Assembly (NCBI RefSeq): GCF_018977255.1
Contig: NW_024704742.1
Location: 31,126,001-31,190,000 of the forward strand
DNA: 64,000 bases
Origin: Callorhinchus milii
Taxonomy: Eukaryota
Direction of reading: 5' to 3'
The position numbers and the translations under genes are program-made. This document shows positions 11,801 to 23,144 of the stretch, in pieces (position 1 is the first letter of the stretch; every line of letters begins with the position of its first letter). The notes below the pieces were generated by a model. That model was not told the origin of the DNA and searched no databases. It saw nothing but the letters and a program-made list of their open reading frames with translations.

Positions 11801-12184
11801 TATCAGGTAACACTCGTGCACACACACCAGCCAGGTAACACTTGCACACACACCAGCCAGGTAACACGCACAAACAGACAGGTGATACTCACACATGCAG
11901 ATAGCACTAGACAGGTAACGAACAGAGAGACTGCATCAGGCAGGCCTAACCATTCAACATGATGCACAAAGAGATAGCACCAGACAGGTAACGGGAGAGA
12001 GGCAGAGTGTGAGCAATGCTGAGAGCAGGACAGCACCCGCAGCAAAGCAACAGGCGAGAGTGTGGGAGAATAGTACTGAGACCAGGACAAAACCTGCAGC
12101 CAGGTAACCGGGTAGAGAGAGTAAATGAAATAAAAAGTGAGTGAGAGAAAGTCTGGGTGAGGGATTAAGTGATGAGAGAAAATA

Positions 12185-12505
12185 CAGTGCTAGGGGTGTG
12201 CTGCACTGTTGGAGGTGCTGTCCTTCAGGTGAGGTCCCGTCTGCCTGTGCAAGGTAAGGTTAGTGATCCGATGGCATTATTTTAAAGGGGAAGGGAGTTT
12301 CTCTCGGTGTCATGGCCAACAATCCCTCAAATAAAATTGTTCATTTAGTTCATGACTGTTTGTGGGACATTGCTGTGTGCAGATTGACTGCTCTGTTAGC
12401 CTATACAATATACAGTCAATACATTTAACATTAACAGTAATTACTGTAATCTGCTTGGAGGTGTTTTGATGTTGTAGGTGCTATGTCAAATGCAAGGGTT
12501 ATTGT
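12185..12505 (+). mobile_element. Older Deu-domain SINE (SacSINE1-like), partial
   Basis: GCTGCACTGTTGGAGGTGCTGTCCTTC...GTTTGTGGGACATTGCTGTG; related copies near 36640-37005, 37130-37320, 47990-48275, 50280-50645 and 52340-52750. Confidence 0.65.
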
Positions 12506-12629
12506 TAGCCTGTTGATGCCTGGTTTAGATTTTATTAATTTCACAATGAATTAATCAAACTTCTGACTGTTTGGTCTAAATGCATCCAATGGCAGTGCAA
12601 CAAAGTGCATTTTAAAAAAATCTGCAAAG

Positions 12630-12958
12630 AGTACTCGCCTCACAGAGAGACCCAGGTTTGATTCCTGGCAGGGCGAAACGTTGGGCACGTTTCCTTACTC
12701 TACAGCCTCTGTTTACCTAGCTAGTAAGTAGGAACCTGGTTGTTATTCAATTGGCGGATCACTTTTCCGGAGGTAATAATTCCTTAAAAAAAATTGTTCA
12801 CTCAATCTACGACTGTTTGTGGGATATCCACAATTGGCTATCATATTTCACTCACAAAATATTACAGTCAATTTACTCTACCGTATATTCTGTGAAGCGT
12901 TTTGAGACATCTCAAAGGTATGATAATTAAATGTATTAAATGGAAGGATTATTATTAT
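12630..12958 (+). mobile_element. tRNA-derived SINE, long variant with extra TCTGTTTACCTAG..AGTAGGAACC segment
   Basis: Same head and tail as the main SINE plus an internal segment also seen near 20400-20450, 24885-24920 and 29410-29460. Confidence 0.75.
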
Positions 12959-13176
12959 CTGTACATTTCTGGTACAATTGACCATTGTCAAGGTACAGTT
13001 GACCACTGCAAATGAATATAAATGTTATTTTGGGAGAGTAGGGGGGGGACTCTTAAATTTACTGCGATACTATAATCCAAGTCAAAATTATTTTGGACAT
13101 TTTTAGTTTTGCTATATGTAAAAGTTAGTACACAGCAGAAAAACAGTTTACAATTGGCAATGCTTTTCTTTTTCAG

Positions 13177-13238
13177 GCATATGGCAACGGAGCCTAAACA
13201 TTCAACATAATGCACCCACGAGTGGCATATCTGATATG
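13177..13238 (+). CDS. MRPS18C: MRPS18C exon 2
   Basis: tttttcag acceptor, GTAAGA donor; encodes (G)IWQRSLNIQHNAPTSGISDM; phases 1/0 fit the neighbours. Confidence 0.8.
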
Positions 13239-13349
13239 GTAAGAAAGTATTATCTGGCTTGCACACTGTGCATCTTTACATCCCAAATGACTAGTTTAGA
13301 GTGGATTCTCATAGTGATATCTGGTTTGTTAGGTAAATTGGATGTGTAA

Positions 13350-13645
13350 ACTGAACAAACACCCGGAAAGCTTTCCAGGCAGCGTTATCAATGGTGGTTT
13401 TAGTTGGTTGAACTCCAGTAGTACACCAATGCACATTCTGGGGTCCCCCAAGCCTTGACCTTTGCTAACCTGCTCCAAGTACTTTCCAAAATTAGGCAAG
13501 CAGGGAAAGAGTGCACATTCCATTCCAATAAACATCTCTGGATTTTCCACATGTAGGTGGGATGCATAGAACTCTGTTTGGTTTGGATACTCTTCCCTAA
13601 CCAAGCATGATGATGGGTGTCTGGATGTGTCACATCCAGCTGACA
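13350..13645 (+). repeat. Unclassified interspersed repeat family, copy 1
   Basis: Blocks GGGTCCC..AAGCCTTG, TTAGG(C/T)AAGCAGG and GTTTGGTTTGGATACTC recur near 17520-17915, 35590-35730, 41850-42030, 54440-54660 and 58200-58480. Confidence 0.7.
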
Positions 13646-14297
13646 AAAAAAAGTTCTATGAATTCTTCAAAGCCACAGTATTTTTATCCCTTGACAGTGT
13701 AACCAACACATGGGTATCTGACATTAGATGGGCGTTTCAGAATCTTTTATCCACGCCAACAACTTAATCTGCAGGCATTTTTGGGCTCATCAATATTTTT
13801 TGTTTTCACAAATTATTTTTTCATATCTTAGTTCCTAACACACCCTAAGAGATTTGGTTTCCTTCCTCTCGACAACTTAATTTCATACAATGCCAATGTT
13901 TGTCCACTATCTGAATACTACTCTCATACCTTGAGATGGTTCCAACAGGACTTTTGGACACTTGTAAAGTATTAGAAAAATGCTTATTTCCCTCTTTTCA
14001 TCTCTTTGACCATGCTTATAGTCACCTCCTCCCTCAACCCTGACTGAGCATCAGGCTCTGCCATTGTAAAGCACTCTAAGATGCTATCTCGCATGAAGGG
14101 CACAATATAAATCAAAGTTGTTGTTGTATCTGGATATGGAAAACATTGAGCGATTCCTTTTTTAATGTATATTTTGCCAAGGCAGATTATATAATTATTT
14201 TTATATTTTATTTGTGATTGCAGATCATTTTTTAAAATAAAATTCCTTGGTAAATTGTTGCAGGAATAGCACTCAAATAGTTTCCTCTTTATTTCAG

Positions 14298-14381
14298 CCA
14301 ACCAAGTTAGAAAATCCCTATAAAGAATCTCCCAAGAGGTGCACTTTGTGCGGTATAGAAGTGAACTACAAGAATGTGCAG
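14298..14381 (+). CDS. MRPS18C: MRPS18C exon 3
   Basis: PTKLENPYKESPKRCTLCGIEVNYKNVQ, with the CxxC and YKNV features of bS18m; canonical splice sites. Confidence 0.95.
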
Positions 14382-14559
14382 GTTTGTTCTTGATATTGTG
14401 TTGGGGAAAGGAAACGTGCTATAAGTGAGGTTAGATGAGCAATTATGAGTAATATGTGTTCTGCCAACGAAACTATAACAATCAATTTGGCATGTATAAT
14501 ATGAGTATTTGGAGAGGGATGTAAATCTGTTCTAAAATATGCCATTTTCTCTCCCCTGA

Positions 14560-15115
14560 ATATCTTCTACCTCTTCGGCTTGCTTTCCCCTGGGCTGCCA
14601 AAAGCCTCATTCACACTGACATCATGTTCAGGCTTGATCATTCCAACTGTTGCTCGCCGGTCTCTCTAGCTCTTCGCTACGCAAGCTGCAGACCATCCAG
14701 AACTCTGCAGCGCAAATCCACTCCCACACCAGGCTCTGTGACCTTATCACTCCCATCTTTGCTTGACGCCACTGTCTCCCTATCCCCCAGAGGATCAATT
14801 TCAAGATCCACATCCTCACATTCAAATCCCTCCATGGTCTCGCCACATCCTACCTCTGCCTTCCTCCTGCCATTGTCTCCGCTTCTCTAAAAATGATCTG
14901 CTTCATGTCCCCCACCCTCTCTGCCCCAATATTGGTGGGAGAGCTTTCAGTCATACTACACCTGATCTCTCCTGGAGTCTCACCTCCTCCTTCACTTTTA
15001 AAGCCTGCTTTAAGATCTGTCTCTTCCACTACCCTGAAGCTCTGGTTAGTTGTGTCTGAATTTTGAGATGTCCTCCTGACATGGCAGGTGCTGTATAAAT
15101 GTAAACTGTTGTTGC
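14560..15115 (+). mobile_element. Degenerate L2-type LINE 3' fragment
   Basis: RLDHSNC.., IGGRAFSHTTP; L2 tail ..CTGTATAAATGTAAACTGTTGTTG. Confidence 0.75.
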
Positions 15116-15166
15116 ATTCCAATACTGTGCTGACATCTATTTCTGTTTCTCTTTATTCTGAAAAAG

Positions 15167-15224
15167 CTCTTGTCCCAGTTTGTATCTCCATATACAGGCC
15201 ACATCTTTGGGAGACATATAACAG
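15167..15224 (+). CDS. MRPS18C: MRPS18C exon 4
   Basis: LLSQFVSPYTGHIFGRHIT(G), the S18 family core; GTAAGA donor. Confidence 0.95.
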
Positions 15225-15623
15225 GTAAGACAAAATACATGTTTGAAATGTGTTTTATTCCTTAAAAGTTGTAGTAAAAGAAATTCTTAGGTATAATTAC
15301 TTATACTTTAGGGTGGCAAAAGTGTGTTTTTTGAGGCAGGGACTGTGAAAGATACTGTACTGTGTTTCAAGATAAAAATAATTTCTGTTACTGTATTACA
15401 GAATGATTTATCTCCCTCTATATTTGTCTGTGTTTTTCCTGCAGTTATTTTTGTATCAAGAAAATAAAGATGTTTTGTGTGTTAAGGCGCCTGTATTGGA
15501 TTGATAGTAAATTTGCCATCAATTGAAACAGTCTTTAAGACTTGATTCAATTAATTCAGCAGTGGGAAAACTGAAGTTTGTGTAATTTACTTTAAATATT
15601 TACCTTATTTTTCTCCTGTTTAG

Positions 15624-15683
15624 GCCTGTGTGGAAATAAGCAAAAACAAGTTGCTAAGGCCATCAAAAGAGCCCAGCATATGG
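15624..15683 (+). CDS. MRPS18C: MRPS18C exon 5
   Basis: (G)LCGNKQKQVAKAIKRAQHM(G), the S18 signature; canonical splice sites. Confidence 0.95.
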
Positions 15684-15869
15684 GTATGTAGTGATTTTAA
15701 AGGTTTCATTCTACAGCTGATATTATCATGTAACTCATCGTGGTCCATTCTTGTGTACCTTTGAATAAATGCAAGAGACGTTGCCCTTAGCTATGTTGAA
15801 GCTCTTCCACTAGGCTTTCCACCTCGGACACTGACAGCATTAATTGACGCTAATACAGACTCCACCTAA

Positions 15870-16688
15870 CTGAACCAGTGCAAAACCTCAATGTCTTGTT
15901 CGACTCTCAACTGTCCTTTAAAGACGACGGCCATGTCTTGACCCGTTCACCTCCACAACATTGCCCGCCTTTGCCACTACCTCTTCCCTGGGCTGCCAGG
16001 ACCCTTATCCATGCTTTTACCAAGTCCAGGCTAGACTACGCCAACTCTTCCCTCCACAAGTCACGCACCATTCACAACTTGCTTGGTTCCATTGGCTCCC
16101 CATTCCCCAGAGGATCAAGATCCTCATCCTCACTTTTAAATCCCTCTGTGGTCTTTCTCCACCCTATCTCTATGGTCTTCCAAAACCTGCCCACTCCTTC
16201 TGCTTCGCTGACACTCGCCTGCTTCACGTTCCCTGCCCTACCCACCTAGCCATCGGTGGTTGGGCCTTCAGTCTTTCTGCCCCCACTCTCTGGAATTCTT
16301 TCCGGGAGTCCCTTCACTCATCGTTTCCCTTGCCTTCTCCCATCTGAGATTAATTGGAATTCAATTTTTAAAAAAACAAAGTAGAGAGTATCTCAAGATC
16401 TTTCACCATGCCTTTGGTCTCGCCCAATCCTCCCCACCTCTTTGCCCCCCACTACTCCTGAATCTCTCCCCATTGGCTCCCACCCCTCCCAAACCCCCAC
16501 CTCAGGTACAAACCCTTGACTCCCAGCACCTTGTGTTCTCCTAATGTGAAAAATATTATATAAATGTGATTTGTTGTGAGTACAGGATGTTTTGCCAGCT
16601 TTTTTCATCCTGTACTCTTCATACATCAGCCTAGGCTCTGAGTCACTGCCCTCACGGGGGGAGCTATATAAATGCAAGTTGCTGTTGT
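15870..16688 (+). mobile_element. Degenerate L2-type LINE 3' fragment
   Basis: [30 protein letters not shown] and AFSLSAPTLWNS. Confidence 0.78.
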
Positions 16689-17309
16689 AGAATCAGGAGG
16701 GCATCATATGTAAAACCAATCCTGTTTTCGCACTGCATCAACATACCAGCAGAAGTCATGAGATAGTGATTGAGAATTGAAACCTTGGCTTATTTTTTTA
16801 AATATTCCACTTCTAGCCCATTGGCCTAAAGCAATTACAGCTCAAAGTTGACATGGCTGAGATCACTATAGACAACAACAACAGCAGGGTAGCGTCTCAG
16901 GGCGCTTAACAGTGGCGGAGCCTGACTCAAGAACTGGTGGTGGGAGAGGTGGCCGTAAGCACGGTCAAAGAGGAAGACTGGAAAGTGAACCTAGAAGCTT
17001 CTAGTGTCTTTATCCACTAGACGTGGGAGGTGTCACTAGAGTGTAAGTCCACAGTGAAGGATGGAATTTGCAACAGTTGGAATTAAACCTCGGCATCAGA
17101 CGAGAATTAATAATAAACAAAGTCACAATTGATTGAATGGCTTTTTGAGCAGAATTTCAGAAAATTTCTACTTCTGTCTCTCCTTTCTCCCTCGAACAAT
17201 TATTCAGCTATCTTGTTTTAGTACATTTACTACTATATACAATATGTAGGTAGAATCTGATGAAAATGTTAAATGTTTGGTAAGTACTTACATTTTGTTT
17301 TATCTGCAG

Positions 17310-17386
17310 GATTTATGCCAGTGACCCAGAAGGACCCAACTTTCATAAAGGATCCAAACATTTGTGATATTAAACTTCTAGAATAA
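17310..17386 (+). CDS. MRPS18C: MRPS18C exon 6 (terminal coding exon)
   Basis: (G)FMPVTQKDPTFIKDPNICDIKLLE*. Total CDS is 387 nt, or 128 aa plus stop. Confidence 0.95.
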
Positions 17387-17457
17387 CTAGATACTCAGAC
17401 TCCCTATTATCTGCAACAATATTGTGAAGCTTTCCCATAAATTATATTCTACAGAAT

Positions 17458-17463
17458 AATAAA
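17458..17463 (+). terminator. Candidate polyadenylation signal of MRPS18C
   Basis: AATAAA ~70 nt after the stop codon, followed by T/GT-rich sequence. Confidence 0.6.
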
Positions 17464-17519
17464 TTATTTAGTTATTCATGTGCATCCGTGTACCATTTCT
17501 TTTGTGTATTTCTGTCCCA

Positions 17520-17915
17520 TTGCAGGACCTGGAAGGGCAGACCAGACACAGGGGCTGGGAGTCATCCCACTCAGCTCATTAATCCTGCAAGTCAAAGGTC
17601 TAACAGGTCCGTGCTGGACAAGCTTGCCAGACAGCAATATCAATGGCAAGCTAAGTGGTTTTAGCTGGTTAGACTCTAGCAGTATCCCAGCACACACTCT
17701 GGGGTCCCGAAGCCTTGGATCTTGCCAACCTGCACCTAATACTTTCTGGAATTAGGTAAGCAGGATGCATCCCTTCAGGGAAAGAGTGTACATTCAATTC
17801 CAACAATCTATGTGGGATTTTCATGTGTTGGTGGGATGCTTGGAAATCTCAGTTTGGTTTGGATACTCTTTGGTGATGGGTTTCCGCATGTGTCAGACAC
17901 CTGGCTGACCCCCCA
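17520..17915 (+). repeat. Unclassified interspersed repeat family, copy 2
   Basis: Colinear similarity with 13350-13645 and 54440-54660. Confidence 0.7.
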
Positions 17916-20197
17916 AAAATATAGCACTTCGAAGTGGAGTGCCATTTCTAGTTTGAGAAAGAAAAACTCAATTCATTACAGTGCAGCATTTAACCTTTAC
18001 TGCTTCATTGTGAGAGTGGAATCAGAAATGGTCATGGCATCTGCAAAGTGTGGATGAATGGTATTTTGTGTTGAAAGAAATATTTGAAAACAATGCAGCT
18101 ACAAATAAGGTCTGTCAATGCTGCAGATAAATGTTCCCATATTGTTCTGGGAGAAAAAGTCAAGATTTCTGCAGGAATATTGTGCTGACCAAAGTTAATC
18201 ACCCACTTTGTAGTCAGATGTTTTTTCTTCAAAACTACATACCTGCTTCGTACTATACAATTATCCCCTTGACTGTTAGCAGATCACCAGAAACCAGTCT
18301 CAAGGTTGAATTTTTTTGTTTTATGCACTGATAAAAAAAAGTGATGTTACAGCAATAGAACTACTCGTATCTCAAACATGTTGCTTTAAATATTTACCCT
18401 ATCCCATTAAAAACAAAATAATTTTAAAAACATTGTGCACCTTCAGACTTTGTAGAGAAACCTATTTCAATAGGAAAGTAAGTTTCATTATTTATTGGAA
18501 AAGGGATTTTGCTCAAAATATCCTAAACATTTTAGAATGGAAGCTCAACTGAAAAATACTTTGCTTAATCAAGCTGAATATATATATATATATTTTAAAA
18601 ACTGAGCCCTCTAATGTAATTAGTCTTGAAGATGCTATTTAAGTTTAAACTTTACGGGTTCATGTAGTTTCACATCTAATGAAGCTTCAAGATCCACATC
18701 AAGATTCGAGATCCTGACATGAACATTACTACTTTCTAACAACATCACAATGACAGAAAGTAGACACTGTATGAGAAAGTGGGAAGAACCATTGTTTGCT
18801 CATAACATTATACAAACCTTTAATGGCAAGATTTTAAAAAAAGCAATGTTCCAATCCTTGGACTGTACATTATTTTAGAAAAACTTCTCAAACTATGCGA
18901 GTTGCTGTTGTACTGACTTCTGGTAAGTTTAAGCCTTTATGCAGTTTGCAATGGCCAAGATCTCAGCATTTTTAGTTTGGAGAAGCACTGGATAAAATAT
19001 ATCATTTTGGAATTATTACAATCTTAAAACCCTAATATGTTTCAGACTGTCCACATCATTTGGAAAAACATTTGGTTTTGTGTTTTTCTGAGGGGAACAG
19101 TGAATAAATCAGTTTGATTCTCACCTTAAATATTATAACAGAACAGGTAGATTGTTTCCATATTTAAAGTTAATAGATAAAGGCATCACTGTAAATTGTT
19201 TATCAGAGTTATTTCCTAACAAAGCTGAATTGTACAAAGTTTTAAAAAAATGAATTGTCCCTTCATTCACACATTACATATAAGCATTGGGAAGGTAGAC
19301 AATCTAATAAGAGTGGAGAGAAACAGAAACCTGACCATAATTTGCAACTGAATTTCATGCATCAGAACCAATTTCTTTTTCAGAATCACATATAAGATAC
19401 TCAAGTCAACTTGTGCTCTTTCTTATTTTCAATTCCCTCTGATCACAATTGTGGCTTCTAACTGCACCAGGAAACACTGTTTGCCTGGCCTCCCTGCCCT
19501 CTGGAAGCAATTCTCTCCAATTTGTCTGGTCTCTGGGCAGATGGGATTTCCTTATAAGATCATGTGACTACTGCAATAGGTAAAAAACATTCCTGACCTA
19601 CATATCATTTCAAAAGATAATCAGCATGATAAAAGTGATGTTTGATGATTGCATAGTTTCTTTGTTGAAAGTTTATGTACTCTCAATCCAGTTTCTGGTG
19701 GGTGTAGATGTCAAAGAACTTCCTACAATATCTGAGATATCTAGTGTAGGGAACAAGAAAAATGATGGAAAGAGGCTTATAAATTTTGGTCCATTAAGGC
19801 AGAGATGCACAAGGTTGACTGGAGGTGGTGTGTTTGATAGCATTTGATGTTAAAATAAGTTGCAGGGGTGGGAAGATTTGATAGCCCTCTGGCATGTTTC
19901 ACTTTCAGTAGACGAAAGGAGAAAGGATTTCATAGCAATAGACTGATCTAGATTGGAGCCCCGGCCCCACAGGTGAAATTATTCTAACTCACCACTCAGC
20001 TTCTGCCCTACTATACTATATTAGTCCTGCAATAATGAAAAATATTTATGCTTCCACTAATTAGATAAAGCAGGATTGTTGTCTGAAATCTCTTAAAGGA
20101 TAAGTTTTTTTTAAATCAAAGCAGGTTTCCTTTTGCTGCTAGCTTTAGCTATGCCATTCTTTAAATGAGATGTCACAAAATATAGAATATGACAAAT

Positions 20198-20520
20198 AAT
20201 AATCCTTGTATTTGATATAGTGCCTTATCACATTGTTGAGACGTCTCAAATCGCTTCACAGAATATAATGTAAAGTGAATTGACTGTATATTTTGTAGGT
20301 GAAAGCAGCAGCCAATTGCACCCAGCAGTGTCCCACACACTTGTGGATTGATTGACCAAATTATTATTTTTAAAAATGTTTTTTTTGAGGGATTATTATC
20401 CCTCAAATTGACTAACAACTGGGTTCCTACTTACTACTAGGTAAACAGAGGTATGTGGATCAAGGAAATATGCCTAAGGTTTCAGCCAGCCCAGAAATCA
20501 AACCCGGGTCATCTTGCTGG
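20198..20520 (-). mobile_element. tRNA-derived SINE (long variant) just downstream of the ABRAXAS1 stop codon
   Basis: SINE tail, Deu core and the extra segment on the minus strand. Confidence 0.75.
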
Positions 20521-20647
20521 CTAGATGACACATTTCTCATTTAAAAAATAGAATAGCTAAAAGCTAGCATACTGACTTTTTCAAAAGATTTAGCACTTTG
20601 CATGTCTCCAGTTTGGATTGTATTTCAGTTCTGAGCGTTTGGAATGG

Positions 20648-21081
20648 TCAGAAAGTTGGTGATGCTGAAGAGTGTGGATCCTTGGTGTATTGGCCTAACG
20701 CATCTCCTTCACTCTCTGAGCCAGTCAGTCTTATCAATGATTCAGTTTCACTGCCATCGTTTTCTATGTTTGTGGCTGCTTTTCTGGTCTTTGGTCGAAG
20801 TGGTTTTTGTTTTTTCTGTAAGCGACCATGGCAGTTTTTGGCCTTCCGCTTGCATGAAATCTTGGTGCTCTCTGATGCTGAAATATGGAAGCTCTTGGCT
20901 GATACCTGAGTCAACGCGTCCTTTTCGTGAATCCCATTGTCTTCACTGCAGCACTGAACTGGCACGATTTCACTTTCTCTAGTCACGGACACAGACTGTA
21001 AAAGTTTTGAGTTTGGGAAAGCCTTTTGCAAAGCCTGGCACAAGTCAAAATTTGTTTCCATGAGGTTGGATTTTTTCTCGT
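20648..21081 (-). CDS. ABRAXAS1: ABRAXAS1 (FAM175A) terminal coding exon 9
   Basis: (D)EKKSNLMETNFDLCQALQKAFPNSKLLQS...SSASPTF*; ends in the SPTF BRCT-binding motif; tgcag acceptor. Confidence 0.92.
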
Positions 21082-21259
21082 CTGCATTTAAAAAAAGACT
21101 GAAAGTTAAACATGTGAAAAAGTTTGACATTTATACTAGTGAGAGACTGGGGAGAAATATTTTAATAAGTTCCATAGTGTGAGATTTATGAATACAAAAT
21201 GTGTGAAAATGAAAAATGTTGAAAATATGCCTCCGTCCTCATACAAACTGCAACGTGGG

Positions 21260-21552
21260 AATGGGCGGATGATGTCACCAAGAGGGAGCATGTTCAAGTT
21301 GAAGAGGAGAGGACTAAGGACAGAGCCCTGAGGAAAGCCGCACGAGACTGTGCGGGAACTGGAGGAGAAGCTGTTTGTGGAGATAAGCTGGAAATGGTGT
21401 AAGAGGTAGGATCTGAACCACTCAAAGACAGAACCATGAAGGTGAGAGGAGAGGAGGCAGTGGAGGATAAAGTGGTCAATGGTATCAAAGGCAGCAGGAA
21501 GGTCGAGGAGTACGAGAAGACAGAGGGAGCCCTGGTCACAGATGGACAGAAT
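21260..21552 (-). mobile_element. L2-type reverse transcriptase internal fragment
   Basis: LLDLPAAFDTIDH...[24 protein letters not shown]. Confidence 0.85.
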
Positions 21553-22409
21553 TCCAGAACTGCAACAAGGCAACTGCACAGAAGTCACAGAACCAGTTAT
21601 CCCTTCACTGATTTGGACTGGTTAACAAGATAGAAACAGCGTGCATTGAGAAATGTATGAATAATATGAAGCAATCTACTCTATAGTTATTTTTCATTAA
21701 ATAGAATAAAATTTATGTTCAATTCAAAATTAGTTGACTTAATTTTTCCAATTCAGCAAATTGCCAGTTTTTTAGTGAACACCCCGATATAACAATATTT
21801 TCTGCCAGTCCCGAGGGAATTTGTTATAGTGAAGTTCGACTGTATTAGAATCCAAAATGAGCAAAAAACATTTTCAACCATTAAAAAAAGCAGCAGCTCA
21901 TAAAGACAATGTTTCCATGAGATGCTTCCCACTTTTTCTACCACGCATTTGTTTTCTTCTCAGCACCTCCCAAAGGGACTAAATCATAGCATGTTTACTG
22001 TTACTCAGGTGGCAGCCTTCTCTGAGTGGCCAGTCTTCATACACAAGTATCAGCAATTTATTTGAACATGGGAGTGCCAGAACAACCGATTCTCATTTGA
22101 TTTTGCCCAGAGTGCACACACAAGCACATCCAGGAGTTTATGGATGATAGAGATTCCAGTCTGATTTTTTTCCCTCTAATCTGTATGCTGAAGCCAATTG
22201 TAGAAATCCCATTGCTATTCTAGCTAGCCCCCAAAACATAGCATATGAAATATTAATCCTCTACTCTTCATTTCCTTGAAATTTGCCATTCACAAATGTA
22301 TATTCTTTTTTAAACCATATCAACAAAGATAGCCATCGCAAATGAACATTTCTGCTTTTAAAGGGGATATAATATACTGGAATAAATGGATTTTATTATA
22401 GTCTCTTAC

Positions 22410-22524
22410 CTGGTATCTGTGTGAGCTCTTTTTTCTTCTCAGATAGTGTCTTCCTGAGTTTTTGTACATCAGCTAGTAAATATTGCACGGATCGTTCACT
22501 CTCTTCTACCTTTAAGCAAGTTGT
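22410..22524 (-). CDS. ABRAXAS1: ABRAXAS1 exon 8 (coiled coil)
   Basis: TTCLKVEESERSVQYLLADVQKLRKTLSEKKKELTQIP; canonical splice sites, phases 0/1. Confidence 0.9.
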
Positions 22525-23059
22525 CTGTGTTGAAGGAAACAAACATTTACATAGCACCTTTCACGTCGTGGGGGCAGCCTAACATTAAATTACTTGTTAA
22601 AGTACTTGTTACTTGTTGCAGCCTAACATTAAATTCAATCTTTATCTTTCACCATGTTTCGTTTCTAAGACTATAATAGTATAATTTGCAGTAATTGATT
22701 TAAATTAATTTCATTATTTAAATTACACTACTTTCAATTAATTAGCTTTAGGTTAGGGTGAAGTTCTTGAACTGGATCCACTAGGGGATGGGGAGCCAAT
22801 GGAGCTGGGCAAGGATGGCCGTGATAGGCTCACACAACTGGTGTGGGAGAGGACATGAGCTACTGATTCAAGAAAAGCGAAATTGAAATGTATGGGGTGT
22901 ATCTATTTGGAACCCTGGCAACTCATAAGGGCTGTATCATTTTATAATTTAAGAGTTTACGAAAGCCTCCTTCAATTCTAAAGGTATATAATGCGAAAAA
23001 CAATAACTTGAATCAGTTGCAAGTGCTACAGCTCTGAGTCAGTATCTGAGAACTGTTAC

Positions 23060-23144
23060 CTTCAGTTCCTCCTGCAGTGAGGCATAGATTCCTTTAATTC
23101 GCTGAACTTCTTTTAAGGACCCATCTTGATCAAAAAACTCAAGG
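23060..23144 (-). CDS. ABRAXAS1: ABRAXAS1 exon 7
   Basis: LEFFDQDGSLKEVQRIKGIYASLQEELK, with the conserved DGSLKEV...YASLQEELK. Confidence 0.93.
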
